A stretch of DNA of 64,000 nucleotides from Aplysia californica (Eukaryota): the NCBI RefSeq assembly GCF_000002075.1, contig NW_004797348.1:1399851-1463850 (forward strand). The letters are read 5' to 3'. The notes under the pieces are model-generated. The model was not told where the DNA came from. It ran no database searches and saw only the letters and a list, made by a program, of their open reading frames with translations. Positions within the stretch are counted from its first letter, which is position 1, and each line of letters begins with the position of its first letter. Below, piece after piece: positions 50,901-62,157 of the stretch. The position numbers were made by a program, and so were the translations under genes.

Positions 50901-53900
50901 ATAACATTATTACACTTACTGTTTCCAAATGTTAAATTTTGAAATGTGCATTTGTATTTTAACACCCTTCAAGAGGAACTGTGAAAATCGAAGGGGGCAT
51001 AACTTCTTTATGAAAAGGTTGGTAAAGCGATAGCACTGTATGCAGGTGACAGTTACAGTTAAGAGACTGTCGATGCCATGACCTTTCAACCGCGCCTACT
51101 TTGATTTTTATTTAAAATAGTTTTACATTTCTTACCAGACACTTGCTCCTTATGAGCTTCAGGTATAATTTTTTTCCTTCAACCTGACCCTCAGTCAATA
51201 GATTGGCACCAAAGGAGGCCAACAGGAGACAGTAAACATAGACAAGAGAGCCGCATCCCTCTGATTGATGCCCCCCCCCCCCTACCCTATGACTGAAGAC
51301 AATGAATTCTTGTTTCATGGGAGGCTCAAAATTTGACAAGACAAGAAACACACACATTTGTGTAACATTATGACTTTGGCACTCCCAACTTGAAGACACG
51401 AAATACTTTGGAAGCCATAATGCAATATATCTTTGTAAATGGAAAACGTTTAAGTGACATTCTATGACATAGGTACATCAGTCAGTTGAGCACTCTAGGA
51501 CTTACTAAGGCTTGAGGGTTTCATAAGATCCCCTAGCACATCATAAAAAGGCAGGCGCTTTAACTTCACGTCTGGGTTCACAGGAATCGGGGCTTGAGTG
51601 ATCATTGACCTCATGCCACTCATCGCATTGCTGTAGTCAAGGCCAACTGTAAGAAAGAAAAACAGGTATTCCATTTGTTAAGAATAGAATCTACAGTTTG
51701 TGTACTTTTGACATGCAAATCTGTTCATGACCCAGACACATCCACAGAGCTAATTGTTTACAAGTATTTCATTTTTAACTGGGGAAGTCTAAACAAAGTA
51801 AATGCTGGAAAAATTAGACCTACAAAAAAAGGATGAATGGGAAGCAGAAGCTCCAAAGTCTTCTAAAAGCCAGGAAAGCATTATCTTGGCATGCAAACAT
51901 GTACCTAGTTTTAAAAACATCTTCGCCATAAACAGATAAAAGTATAAAAGCATGAAAGTGAAAGGCCTCCTGAACTGGAAAATTCTTGCAATACAACAGC
52001 ACAACAGCAAAAATAAATATGAATAATCAGTCTAACCAACATCAATGAAGAAAGTATTGGTAATGCTTCAATAACCTAATATTTTACTTCTTTTATGTCA
52101 TAGTTATATGTTAATTTGCAAATTCAAAGAATTTTTTTTTTTACTTTAGTTTTAATGAGTTTTATGGCACTCGCAACAAAAACAGGTCATGTAAATCCTG
52201 AAGATTAGAGGTGTTACAAGAGAGTACCATACAAAAAAAAGGGAGGAGAAATAAGGACAACAGTTCTTTTTTTTTAAATAGGAAAACAGGAGCAAACCAC
52301 ACTAGAGCATCCACCAACCACCTATTTCCCGAATGAATGAGAATGGAAATAGAAGCAAAAACTGAGCCCATTCAAAGGACTGCAATGATACATTATAGAA
52401 CAAAATCCTTCCAAACATTTATTGTGGGGTTGTATTTTTTAAATTCTACAACCATGATTATTAAATCTTTACAGCTTTAAGAACAGCTGCCTTACTTTTT
52501 AAAAAGGTAAAAAGGAAAAAGAAAAAAAGAAAAAGAAAAAAAAACAGAATGCTGCGTGCTATTTAAAAATTAAGAAAAAGTGGATGACGTCAGGACACAA
52601 CCATACAAAAGGAAAAAACAAAACAAAAAGTGTTCTTATACGAAGAGTAATGCATATTGTCGCTCTCACAAGAAAAACAAGTGACTTCATTTAACTCTAC
52701 CCTGTGCGGCAATTTTTCAAAAACTGGGACTTGTTCATTTTTGTAGTAACTGCAACAAAAATATATTTGACACTGACCCACAAACTTTTCCTCCCACATC
52801 ATTTATAAAAAAAGCAAAGAATAGTTAGCATGCCTCATCTCCACTGCGAATATCTGTGGATTTACACCACCTACTCTCTACCTTCTTTTAATTAATTTTA
52901 CTCCTGAGAGCCAAGTTAGGCACTTCACTTGCTCAAACATAATATAAAAGTTGTTCATGACACTCAAATTAAGTCTTTTCAATACAGAATGCTAATGCAT
53001 ATAATTGCTCCAATACAGTGTCCAATTGGCTTTGTTATCACGACTGCGACTTGTAAAGACACCCAACTACTTCTTAAATTAACACAGTACTTTCCACATT
53101 GATTGACATTTACTTCATTAAGTTGTGGTGTTACGCCAGTTTCCAAACAAAGAGTACATGCTAGTTAATTTCCTTAATTTAAACTGAAAAAGCTTAATTT
53201 TTCAAGCCAAATTCTCCATTGGCGTTTGCCACGGACTGAGAAAAAGTAGCACTCCAAAATTAAAGTGTTCAGCTTTACCAGTAGATTTCTAAGACTAAAA
53301 ACAAAATTTTAAAGATTTTTTATACAAACATTTCAACACCGGTGATAAATTTGGAAGAAGCAGTATCACATAAATAAGATATGTGCATTCAAGAGCAAGA
53401 CTACAGTAAGTGTCAACACACATTGGGGTGAACAAACCAAAGTGATGTACAATCAGAGGAATAAACAATGCTACATGGTACAAACATCAAAGTGTTACAT
53501 AGACCAAAAAAAACAAACAACAACAACACAAAATATGGGTAGAGCAAATTGAACTGTACATTTTTTCACTTATACACATAAAAGAGAGGTACACAGACAC
53601 AAAAATAGTCATAAGATTTTTGTGCCGAGAAAAGGTAAGGAAGGCAAATTATCAGAAATGACAAAGTCAGTCAAGAATTTTAGAATTAGAACCTACTGGT
53701 CATGCCCTCCACTCATCATTCTGTATGTTGTTTCTCAGACAAAGAACTGTCATGTCTGACAACTTCCAATATAAGTTTAGAACAGTATCTGAGTGTGCTT
53801 TATGTTACTATTTACAACCTGTTCCCAACAAAAACTAGTACAGCAGTCAAAGATTATGTCATCTACATGTTTAAAAGTAGTAAAAAATTATATAATCTCT

Positions 53901-56900
53901 AACAATCTACTATATGCTTTTAAAGAACAATGAAATGACTTCAAAACTTTTTTATTATGACATATCTGACCTAAGGTGAAACACTTCTGCTACCCAACCC
54001 AGTCCCTTGCGAAACCTGTCTTATTATTCTATACTAATCATACACTAGATCTAGATCTAGATGTTGAAATACAAGCCACCGTGACAAGGAAAATGGGACC
54101 AAACCAAAACACTAAAATGTTGTCATGTCCCTCTCACTATTTGTACATTCCTGAAAATTGAAAATCACCTGTGAAAAAAAACTGTTTGCCAACGGGTCTG
54201 TACTTTGTACGGAGTTCTTAAGTTCTTACTCTACAAAATGTTTTGTATCCTAGGCAGAGAAAAGTAATAAATACTAGAATGGGAGCAGAACTATGACTAA
54301 CAGAACTACACTCAGCATAATAAGACCAACACAAAAGTAGTACTATAATAATTCACAACATGATATCGATGACCTCTCGTTTTTCCTGAAACTTGACAGT
54401 AATAAGCGACGACTGCAAAGTGTTTCTGACCTCAAAGGTTTTCACTCTGTTTTCAAACTATTGTCAGACTCATGATGCCTTCCATCTCTGACATCAAACT
54501 GAATCAAGAACTTTAAAAAAAATCAAAGTCAATTTTACTATCTTCATAAAAACTTCAGTAAAGCCCAGTGAACAATGACCATAGTGGTCACAGACAACAT
54601 ACTGACAGAGAGGAAATAAGTATAAAACAATCAACACTTAGACACTACTATAATCATAAATGAAGTTGTCCTGATGATTCAATTTCCGCAAAGAAAAAAA
54701 TCCAATCTTTGAATAAAACCAATAATTAGGTTAATGTTAGCCATGCCTGACCACTGTAACAAATAAAAAACTGGCAAAAACTAAATCATTTCCTCTTTTT
54801 CATAATGACTATCTATCCAAATCAGTACAAACTCACGAGGACAGTCAAAGTGGTCATGGTGATGACGAAAAGGCGGGTATCTAGGAGGTGGGTATCTGTA
54901 AGACGGGTATCTAGGAGGTGGGTATCTACATTGGTACATGTGTGACATAGTACTGCTGTCTTTAAAAAGTTCCTCTCATGGGATACAACAAAACCCCAGA
55001 CAGAACACACAACACACCAATCCACCAACAGAAAACCAATTAGCTGAGCAGAGAAAATAGAGTGAACAAAATAAATTGGGAGGGTAGGCCTAGAAAGAGA
55101 GGGCTGAACACATTTACTACACATCAGTGTGAGAAAGCACCTGTGAAAACAGTTCACTGAAACTTCTCACTTTTTTGCAACAACAACAAAAATATAATTT
55201 CAGTTTCAGTTTGCCTTTTTCAAAAGCTGCTATCAAAGAGAGAATGCAAAATCCCAAAGGCAGGAGATCTAGAGCAACAACACAAAACCACAGATAGGTC
55301 AACAACATTGTCACTAACAAAAACAAAACAAAAAATATTCAAACCAGTTGCATGCAAAGCCTTTTGCAATGAGAAATTCCCTAATGAGGAAAAAAAAAAG
55401 GAACATAAAGTAATTCTTTTAAAAATACATTGCAAGCACATAAGAAACATGGACGTTCTTTACTTTAACTTACTTAAGCTTAACTAAGCAGAATTGCTGG
55501 TGCATCTTACTTAATCTAAATTATCGCGACACCGTGTAAAGAAAGTTTAACCCTATCAGAACGTTGAGTTTTACTATCGTATCCATACCACGTGGGAAAC
55601 TCTGTACCACCCCTTTCCAAAGAGAAAATTTACTCGTTAATCCGATCCATACACTTTGCATAGCAGTCTGTCAAAATTATTTTTTGAGAAATACTGATAA
55701 GTTTCAAAGAGATCTTTGCACTAGAAGTTATTCTAAAATGTGAAGAAAACAACCCTGGGGGTACAAAATGACCTCGGGGCGTAGGGATAGGGTTTAAAAA
55801 CTTGTATTTCCCCCACATTACAGTCAACATCAATTCAGCAAATGTAATGAAATTACAGACTGACCTGGCAGCTGCAACACACAGTTTACAATAGAAATTA
55901 AACAGCAACTATTTCTTCTCTTTTTATAGTAGAGAGTTTTACGGCGCTCGCAACTGCATAAGGTCATATGAGCGTCAAAGGGTGGGTGTCAACAGAGAAG
56001 TCTTTACAGGGAATCAGACTTATTCTGCTCACCTCTCTAGCTTCAACAGCACAAGGTCTGCTTCGACTATCAAGGCACCCCGAAAATAGCAAGTCACAAG
56101 AGAGTGACAAACATACAAAAGAAGTAGAGGAAAATGACAAGAGTAAGGATTAAGAAAGAAAAAGCAGCAGTTCCCTGTTGTAGATCAGGCACAGTTATGA
56201 GCATGACATGAATCAGCCCATTTATAATTCTACTGTGCTTGAACGAGAAATGTCCCCCCTTTGGGAATGGCCTAAAGACACTACAGTCAGTGGCACTGCC
56301 CCGGGGGGTCCGCTATTTCTGTGCTTTCTTTCTTGTCAAAAGGCACGGTAAGGGACCCTTATTCTTTATTTTGGTAGTTCATTCATTGTCTTTTGTCTTT
56401 TACGTTATGTCACACTTTTAAAGAAAAGCTGAACTCATATTTCATTTGCAAACATCCACTTGAATTCATTTGAATCACCTAATATATTTGAAAGAAATTC
56501 AAAACCCAAAACTTTCCAACAGAGAAGCATATTATATACCAAAAAAATGGAACATATCCCCCCAAAAATTTAACAAATTAACTTTGTAAAAATGCAGAAA
56601 AACAGCCATTCTCAAAAGGCACGCCCAGCTGGAGTGTATCTTAAGATCCAAATAGGACAAAAGGAAGATTGATAGGAAATACCGATCCAAATTCATGATC
56701 TTTGAATTAAATACATATGAAAACTCCAGTGGAAAAAACAGGAAATTATATATATAATATATATGTTAAAATATACTCTATTCAATAAGAAACCAGCCAT
56801 ACTCCACAACTTCACATAACAGACGTCAATGATTTTGAAAATGATAAGTATCGGGTGCTCTCAGTTTTTCTTGCTGCATCCTCATCCATGAATACCACTC

Positions 56901-59900
56901 ACGGGATAAGTCTACATTTCCGTTATAATTTTAATAAGCTTGTTTTAAAAAAGGGGGTCAAAATTAGTGGCATTTCAAGACACCATGCACCAATTTTCAG
57001 AATCCCCTCCACCTCCTTGTTAATCACAAAAATGAAAACCCTTCTGAACTTCATCTAACTTTGCATAATACACACGTAATATATATATATATATCAACAG
57101 GAAGAAAGCTCACTAGCACTGCATTCATTTTTCATAGGCAAAAATCATGGAGTGGAGACACATCCATTTTACTGTAAGCAAAACTGAACAACCAATCAAG
57201 TGCAGTAGTTTTAAAAAATAAACACACTTTCCAGTTCAAAAGTTATGTGTCATTATTTTCTTTACAAGAAAGTAGGAAAGACAACCAGTGAAGACTGCAT
57301 GAGAATTAGAGAAGCATAAAATTTAAACATCTGACAACGTGCAACTTTATAAAGCCAACCTTTTGAGAATGGCCCACAAATATAAAAACAGTACCAAGCA
57401 TCTATAATACCTATCCAAGATGAACAAGGCTAGCAGCAAACACATGCAAACTGTGATTACACCACAAGAAATATACTTTCTGTAATGCAAAAACCCAAAC
57501 CCTGTTTCTTTTCCTCAAAATCTGAAGGGAAAATATACCATTAGCTTCCACATTATTAAGATTTCTGTACTCCCACATACTCCTTCCTCCTCCACCAAAA
57601 TCCAGTTCAGTGAGGTAGAAAGCAAGCTTACCTGGACCCTCTGGAGGGTACCCAACAATTCCTATAAAGAAAATTAGAAGGAAAAAAATAAGGTTACTAC
57701 TCAATGCAAAAAAAAAGTCAGCAATAGAAGAGATTAGAGCAGCAGATTATAGCCAACGAAATGAATAAATGAAAGCAAATACAACACATGTTTAAAAAAC
57801 AATTAGAGGTAACTTTCTCTAACCCATTTTCACAACGACAAAATTATCTATAAGAACTTTAATTCATACAAAAAACGAACAAATGAAGATGCAGATAATA
57901 TAAGCAGAAATTATAAAAGAGATCAAGCAAAAATGAGGCATGTAGATCAAGAGTATTTAATTCCAGCTGAATAGTAGCCTTTCTTTCTCTGACAGGTCAC
58001 TTTTCCCCCCAAGTAATCAACAATACAGGCAGATGGAACTTTAACAAACAACTGGAGTCAAACTTTTGACAGCATCATGAGAATGATACACATTAGATCA
58101 TACATAGCGTTCTAATCTGAAAGTCGAGTTTGACTGAGGCGCACATAGACATGTCCATATATACAATAAGGTTGGGGGTGGGGGGTTTAAGCGTAGGGCA
58201 TAGCAGGCTTAAATGTGAAAACTAAAATCTATTCAAATGGACTTCAGTGTCTAATGTGACAGGTTGTGGGACTAATCCTTATCTGTGAAAGTATTATGGT
58301 ATTAAGTTAAAAAATTTGTGTTGCAATACAAAACTCAAACTTTCAAATATATGGGAAACAGAATGAATAAAACTTCCACCAGTCATGCTTTTACTCACCG
58401 GTGAAACAAAACATCCCTACCCTTTTTTATTCACATCTTGAAAAACATGCAAAACAACACAGCAAACCAGGTGCAAAAAGGAAAAAAAATATTTCAGGTA
58501 AAAAAAAAAAGCACACTTCCAAGTTGGAAACAAGAACTGACTACCTCAACCATGACAACCACAAGTTTTGTCAAACAAGCCAGAAAATAAAAATGGAAAA
58601 GGAATACACTCCAACAGTCACCCAATTCAGTCCCTTCCACTACCTTCAAGTAATTAACCACTAAAAAAAAGATGAAAGCAAAATGGACAAAACAAATTGA
58701 CCATACAATATGATGATCAGACATTCAAAAAAGGAAAAAGATTCAAAATGAAAACAGAAAAGGGATTAGAGACATGATATAATTTATAAGATAACAAAGC
58801 TGCTAGTTTCTACTTTTTTCAGTTTAAAAAAAAAAGTATATTACATTGTCGGATATATAAAACAGTCCCTATAAAATGCTCACCTTGATGTCTGTGCATG
58901 ACAGGCATGTTCACTTCTTTATGAGGGGGTGGGGCACTAGGTTGACCCTTGGTGACAGGGTAGATTTGCCTGAGGATAGCATTTCATTTCCAAAGTTACA
59001 GGAGATACACGCGAGAATATTGCAAGAACTACATTTTGCCCTTACATTACAGTAGGAGATTATAAATTATAAAAACAAAAATACAAAAAAGTAAAAAACA
59101 CCAAAGCGCCCACCAACTTCTTGCTTACAAAATTGCACACTAAATTCTGTTCAGCTTAGTCTAGAATTTATATTATATGAAATCAACACAATTAAGGCAA
59201 AACTCAACCAAAAACAAGACCAGAGCTTGGGTTTCTTAAAGTAAATAGAAGCAAATTGACACAGCAAGGGTCATATATGTAAAGCAGGGAAAAGTAAAAC
59301 AAACAGGCCGACACAACAGAGGGTTAGAAAAGAAGTCTGACCTGCCAGTGGCACCTTCTAACTACAACTACAAGCAAAACTTTACAGAAAAAAATGTAGA
59401 ACAAAGCCCTCCCCCCCCCCCCCCCTCCCCTCCAAATATAATGCTCATAACCTTAGTAATCAACACGTGTAAACTTGAAATTATGCTGCTCTAACAAATG
59501 TGTCACACGCCGGGGAATCAGGCGCTTGTCAATTTTTGGGCATAATGAAGTTGCTGTGATATATCATCTTAGAGCAGACCTGCCAACTTCTCCATGATCA
59601 AAAATGGGAGTTTTCCTCAGAATCCTCTCTAGAAATCTGAGTTTGAGGGGGGAAAAAATCAGAGATTCTAGAACCCCGGTAGATTCAGATTACATGTCGA
59701 ACCGTCCCAGGTTTATTAACATATACAATTAAAAAATATGTATTTTCACATCATTTGACAATAAACTGAGGAAATATATTGAAAATATTGGGGGAAAAAA
59801 ACAAACATATTTCAAAATCAGTTACATGCGATCAATGTTTGGAATTCAGGGGGGGGGGGGGGGATTTTATGCAACGAAGTGTATACAGACCCGGTAACCG

Positions 59901-61991
59901 GGAACAAAGTCACGAAGAACACAGACCCAGTAAGGCAACTCTTTTGTGATTTTAGAAAGTTTCAGCGCCCAGACCGGTGTGTGTGTGTGCGTGTGCGTGT
60001 GCGTGTGTGTAAGTGAGAGAGAAAAAGGAGGTTGTAGAGAACAGGGGCAAGTGCTTGCAAATATCACATGCCCCAGTTGATAGGAGGGAACGAGAGAAAG
60101 ATAGAGTGGGAAAGTAAGTGGGAGAGAAAGAAAGACAGAAACAAAGAGAAAGAGAAAGTGCGCAAAACACAGGGGAGGGAGGGGAGAGAGAGAGAGACAG
60201 ATAGAGAGAGGGGGGTAGGGAGAGGGGGAGAGAGGGAAGGGACACTAAAAGAAATAGAGAGGGTGACTGCTCAATTGAAATTATGACATTGTTCTTTTCT
60301 TATTGTCTTATTGATTCCTCCAACTCCAAAACGGAGGAAAAACGATCGTTCATCGATAAGACATCTGCAATATTCATTTAGATCTAGGCCTCGAAAATAG
60401 ATCAAAGATTTATAAAATGTCTGTCTGTCTAAATTTAGACTTAGGCCATAGATCTAGAAGAACCTAAGTCTACCCTGAGCCAAGAGGGCGCTGAAACTTT
60501 CTGACACAAAAGATTTCCCCTACTGGGTCTGTATACTTTGTGACTTTGTTCCCGGTTACCTGATCTGTATACACTCCCTTTATGCAAATCCAGTTGGGGT
60601 TCTTCTACAATCTACAATATATAATTATAATACCTATACTGTGTTTATTACAGGCTTGGGACTGTCATTAACGACATTAAAATTGTTTTAATGGCTTCAG
60701 TTTCAGTTTGGGGGAGTTCTGGACCTTCAAAAGTTCAGGGTGCGGAAAGAAGTGCTAGTATAAAATTAACTTCAAGTGCAGGCCTTTTATGGCAGTACAC
60801 ATTGAAAGACTGTCAGGTAGGAGTAACAGGAGATCGCATTGTCACAGTAAACCATCCAGTGCCAGACTGACATAATTAAATAAACTTTCAAAATTGAACA
60901 AAAAAATTATTATAACCATGCCAACAAAAACAAAACCTAGCATTATGTCGACATACTAGGAGGATGACTGAATCTTATACAGTGGAATCCTGTTATAACG
61001 AGAGGGAGGGGACCGGTGCGAAATGCCCGTTATAGCAGGATTCTCGATAAATACGGGATCCAGTAATAAATTCAAGGGAAATAATAATAAAGTATGCCTA
61101 ATCTATGAGTGGTGTTCTGTTTATTCCTCTTTGTATCCTCTGATGATCATTTTGTTCAACATGACCTCTAGGTCTTACTTAATCAAAAATCGAATCTGGT
61201 TTCTGTCTCTAGCGCTTGCAATGTTGACAGCTCGGAGTTGGCGATCAGAAAGAAAGGGCTCTGGCTCTAGGCTAACTCGCCCGCTGTGTTGCCCCCCACC
61301 CCACCACACCCTGTGTTGCGTTCCGTCTGCTTACGCACGTCACCACACATTCGCTCAATCTATTGATACAGCATTGTGACTTCTCCATCTCCGCATCGGA
61401 GAAGTGAGTGACATGGTAACAGTAGGCCTAGATAATCTAGACTAGGCTGGCCTATCACGCGAGGCGTTCTGCTTATCTGCGCATGCCACACCCTCCCCAC
61501 TCATTCTCTCCGGCCTTCACTGTTGGTTCATGTGGGCTCTCCCATTCTTTGTTTAGCTAGATCACCAACAACTTTCTCAACTGGCGAGGTTTTATATGTG
61601 TAATTAAATTGGTCTGTGTGCTGTACACAGCAGCAGCAATATTCTGTTAAAATACCCAACTTGCGAGTTTGTCTGATTGCGAAATAGCAGTATTTTATTA
61701 ACAAAGATAAAGAAAGGGGAAAAACGGGGTTTTAGAACAGTGTCTTCATAACAAGACTTCTCGTTATTTCAGGACTCGTTATAGGTGGACTCCACTGTAA
61801 AAAAATTGATCTCCTCTTGACCAAACACACCTGTACAGCTCTCGAATCTTGATCTGCACAGGTAAAGAACAGCCTTTCTGCACCAATCCCAACGCCCTTT
61901 GGGTCAGCTCTTGTTTCCTTCCACTTTTGTTCCTTCCCGCAAAACCAAGAAGTACATGAAGTTCTGATACTCTGAAGCTCAAAACCATTTG
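38739..61991 (-). CDS. PIAS: PIAS family SUMO E3 ligase, 5'-partial; complement(join(61831..61991,58884..58969,57632..57661,51506..51646,50573..50657,50028..50169,49413..49547,47753..47858,42491..42564,40902..41062,39740..39933,38739..39268))
   Basis: Exons join in frame (1845 nt = 614 aa + stop): SAP domain ([22 protein letters not shown]), PINIT domain ([12 protein letters not shown] ... [10 protein letters not shown]), SP-RING ([25 protein letters not shown]...WMCPVC), SIM ([14 protein letters not shown]). Cannot assign to one vertebrate paralogue (PIAS1-4). Confidence 0.95.
39196..39305 (-). CDS. PIAS: PIAS last exon, alternative short frame from upstream acceptor ([36 protein letters not shown])
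   Basis: Acceptor ggacctttctgtag|AT preceded by a long U-rich tract; in phase 1 gives 36 aa with a SIM-like [12 protein letters not shown]. Confidence 0.5.
39740..39933 (-). CDS. PIAS: PIAS exon after SP-RING ([31 protein letters not shown]...SSPLT)
   Basis: Acceptor gtcctcag|A, donor CAG|gtaaat; FxEDGSW motif; phase 2-1. Confidence 0.92.
40902..41062 (-). CDS. PIAS: PIAS SP-RING (zf-MIZ) exon
   Basis: [54 protein letters not shown]; acceptor ttctgcag, donor GG|gtatgt. Confidence 0.96.
41909..41941. repeat. (CA)n microsatellite
   Basis: direct reading. Confidence 0.9.
42491..42564 (-). CDS. PIAS: PIAS exon ([25 protein letters not shown])
   Basis: Acceptor ttttcccacag, donor CCG|gtatgt; [15 protein letters not shown] is near-invariant in PIAS. 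Confidence 0.95.
44775..45738 (-). mobile_element. Non-autonomous bipartite non-LTR retroelement (I/Ingi/Nimb-like 3' end)
   Basis: 14-bp TSD acccatgcactgtg (44761-74 and 45739-52); (AAC)n tail; terminal ORF remnant [18 protein letters not shown]...LYGTLQQL (LINE CCHC zinc knuckle); ~700 nt non-coding 5' part. Confidence 0.85.
46838..47268. mobile_element. Family X MITE, copy 2
   Basis: Same termini and 431-bp length as copy 1. Confidence 0.8.
47753..47858 (-). CDS. PIAS: PIAS exon ([35 protein letters not shown])
   Basis: Acceptor ctgccaacag, donor A|gtaagt, phase 0-1; end of PINIT domain. Confidence 0.92.
48281..48607. mobile_element. hAT (Charlie-like) MITE, 327 bp
   Basis: Perfect 14-bp TIR CAGGCATGGGCAAA / TTTGCCCATGCCTG; TSD not preserved. 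Confidence 0.75.
49211..49345 (-). CDS. PIAS: PIAS PINIT-motif exon, copy B, putative mutually exclusive alternative ([45 protein letters not shown])
   Basis: Acceptor ttttttctcactatttcag|TCG, donor GTG|gtatca, 135 nt, phase 0-0, open frame; shares [20 protein letters not shown] with copy A using different codons. Confidence 0.82.
49413..49547 (-). CDS. PIAS: PIAS PINIT-motif exon, copy A, canonical ([45 protein letters not shown])
   Basis: Acceptor ttgcag|AAT, donor CGG|gtatgt, 135 nt, phase 0-0; matches vertebrate EPKRPSRPINIT. Confidence 0.93.
50028..50169 (-). CDS. PIAS: PIAS PINIT exon ([47 protein letters not shown])
   Basis: Acceptor ttctttcag, donor CCG|gtaatg; QVQxRFCL motif. Confidence 0.93.
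50573..50657 (-). CDS. PIAS: PIAS PINIT exon ([29 protein letters not shown])
   Basis: Acceptor cccaccag, donor CAG|gttagt; FxLTPQQ motif. Confidence 0.92.
51506..51646 (-). CDS. PIAS: PIAS exon, start of PINIT domain ([47 protein letters not shown])
   Basis: Acceptor ttctttcttacag, donor A|gtaagt; PDVKLxxLPFYD is diagnostic of PIAS. Confidence 0.93.
52146..52322 (-). mobile_element. Family Y copy
   Basis: gagttttatggcactcgcaac..ggtcat..gaagattagaggtgttacaagagagta...ggagcaaaccacactagagcatccaccaaccacc. Confidence 0.7.
54874..54927. repeat. Local tandem duplication, 30-bp period (cgggtatctaggaggtgggtatct x2)
   Basis: direct reading. Confidence 0.8.
55925..55977 (-). mobile_element. Family Y short 3'-end copy
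   Basis: agtagagagttttacggcgctcgcaactgcataaggtcatatgagcg nearly identical to 33471-33519. Confidence 0.75.
57632..57661 (-). CDS. PIAS: PIAS candidate 30-nt microexon ([10 protein letters not shown])
   Basis: Acceptor cttctaattttctttatag|GA, consensus donor CAG|gtaagc, symmetric phase 1-1, GC-rich island in an AT-rich intron. Confidence 0.65.
58884..58969 (-). CDS. PIAS: PIAS linker exon ([28 protein letters not shown])
   Basis: Acceptor tatcctcag|G, donor AAG|gtgagc; phase 2-1 bridges the SAP exon to the downstream exons. Confidence 0.8.
59499..59575. mobile_element. Family X MITE terminal fragment (opposite orientation)
   Basis: tgtgtcacacgccggggaatcaggcgcttgtcaatttttgggcat is the reverse complement of the family's right end. 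Confidence 0.65.
59862..60591. repeat. ~105-bp imperfect inverted repeat pair (59862-59970 / 60486-60591), probable foldback/MITE
   Basis: gtgtatacagacccggtaaccgggaacaaagtcac...gaaagtttcagcgccc is the reverse complement of gggcgctgaaactttc...gtgactttgttcccggttacctgatctgtatacac. Confidence 0.8.
60980..61797. mobile_element. Tc1/mariner (pogo/Tigger-like) MITE, 818 bp
   Basis: TA|CAGTGGAATCC..TATAACGAG ... CTCGTTATA..GGACTCCACTG|TA. Confidence 0.8.
61831..61991 (-). CDS. PIAS: PIAS SAP-domain exon ([54 protein letters not shown])
   Basis: Acceptor gttttgcag|CAA, donor TACAG|gtgtgt; close to human PIAS1 QMVMSLRVSELQVLLGYAGRNKHGRK; LxxLL present. Confidence 0.95.
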
Positions 61992-62157
61992 CTGCAAAAC
62001 AATAGACATCAAACATCCAATCATGAAATGCTTCTCTCATAACAGCCTGGATAACACATGTTTTTATAATATAAACTCTTCAAACAAAAGGTCGAAGTGC
62101 TAAGTCCTCCACCTGAAATGCAAAGGACGATGAATGACAAAGCATAATATATATATA

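Noticed and set aside
56034-56070. Possible extra PIAS microexon ending at AG|gtgagc
   Set aside because: Nearby acceptors give 25 or 34 nt (frameshifting) and lack a good pyrimidine tract.
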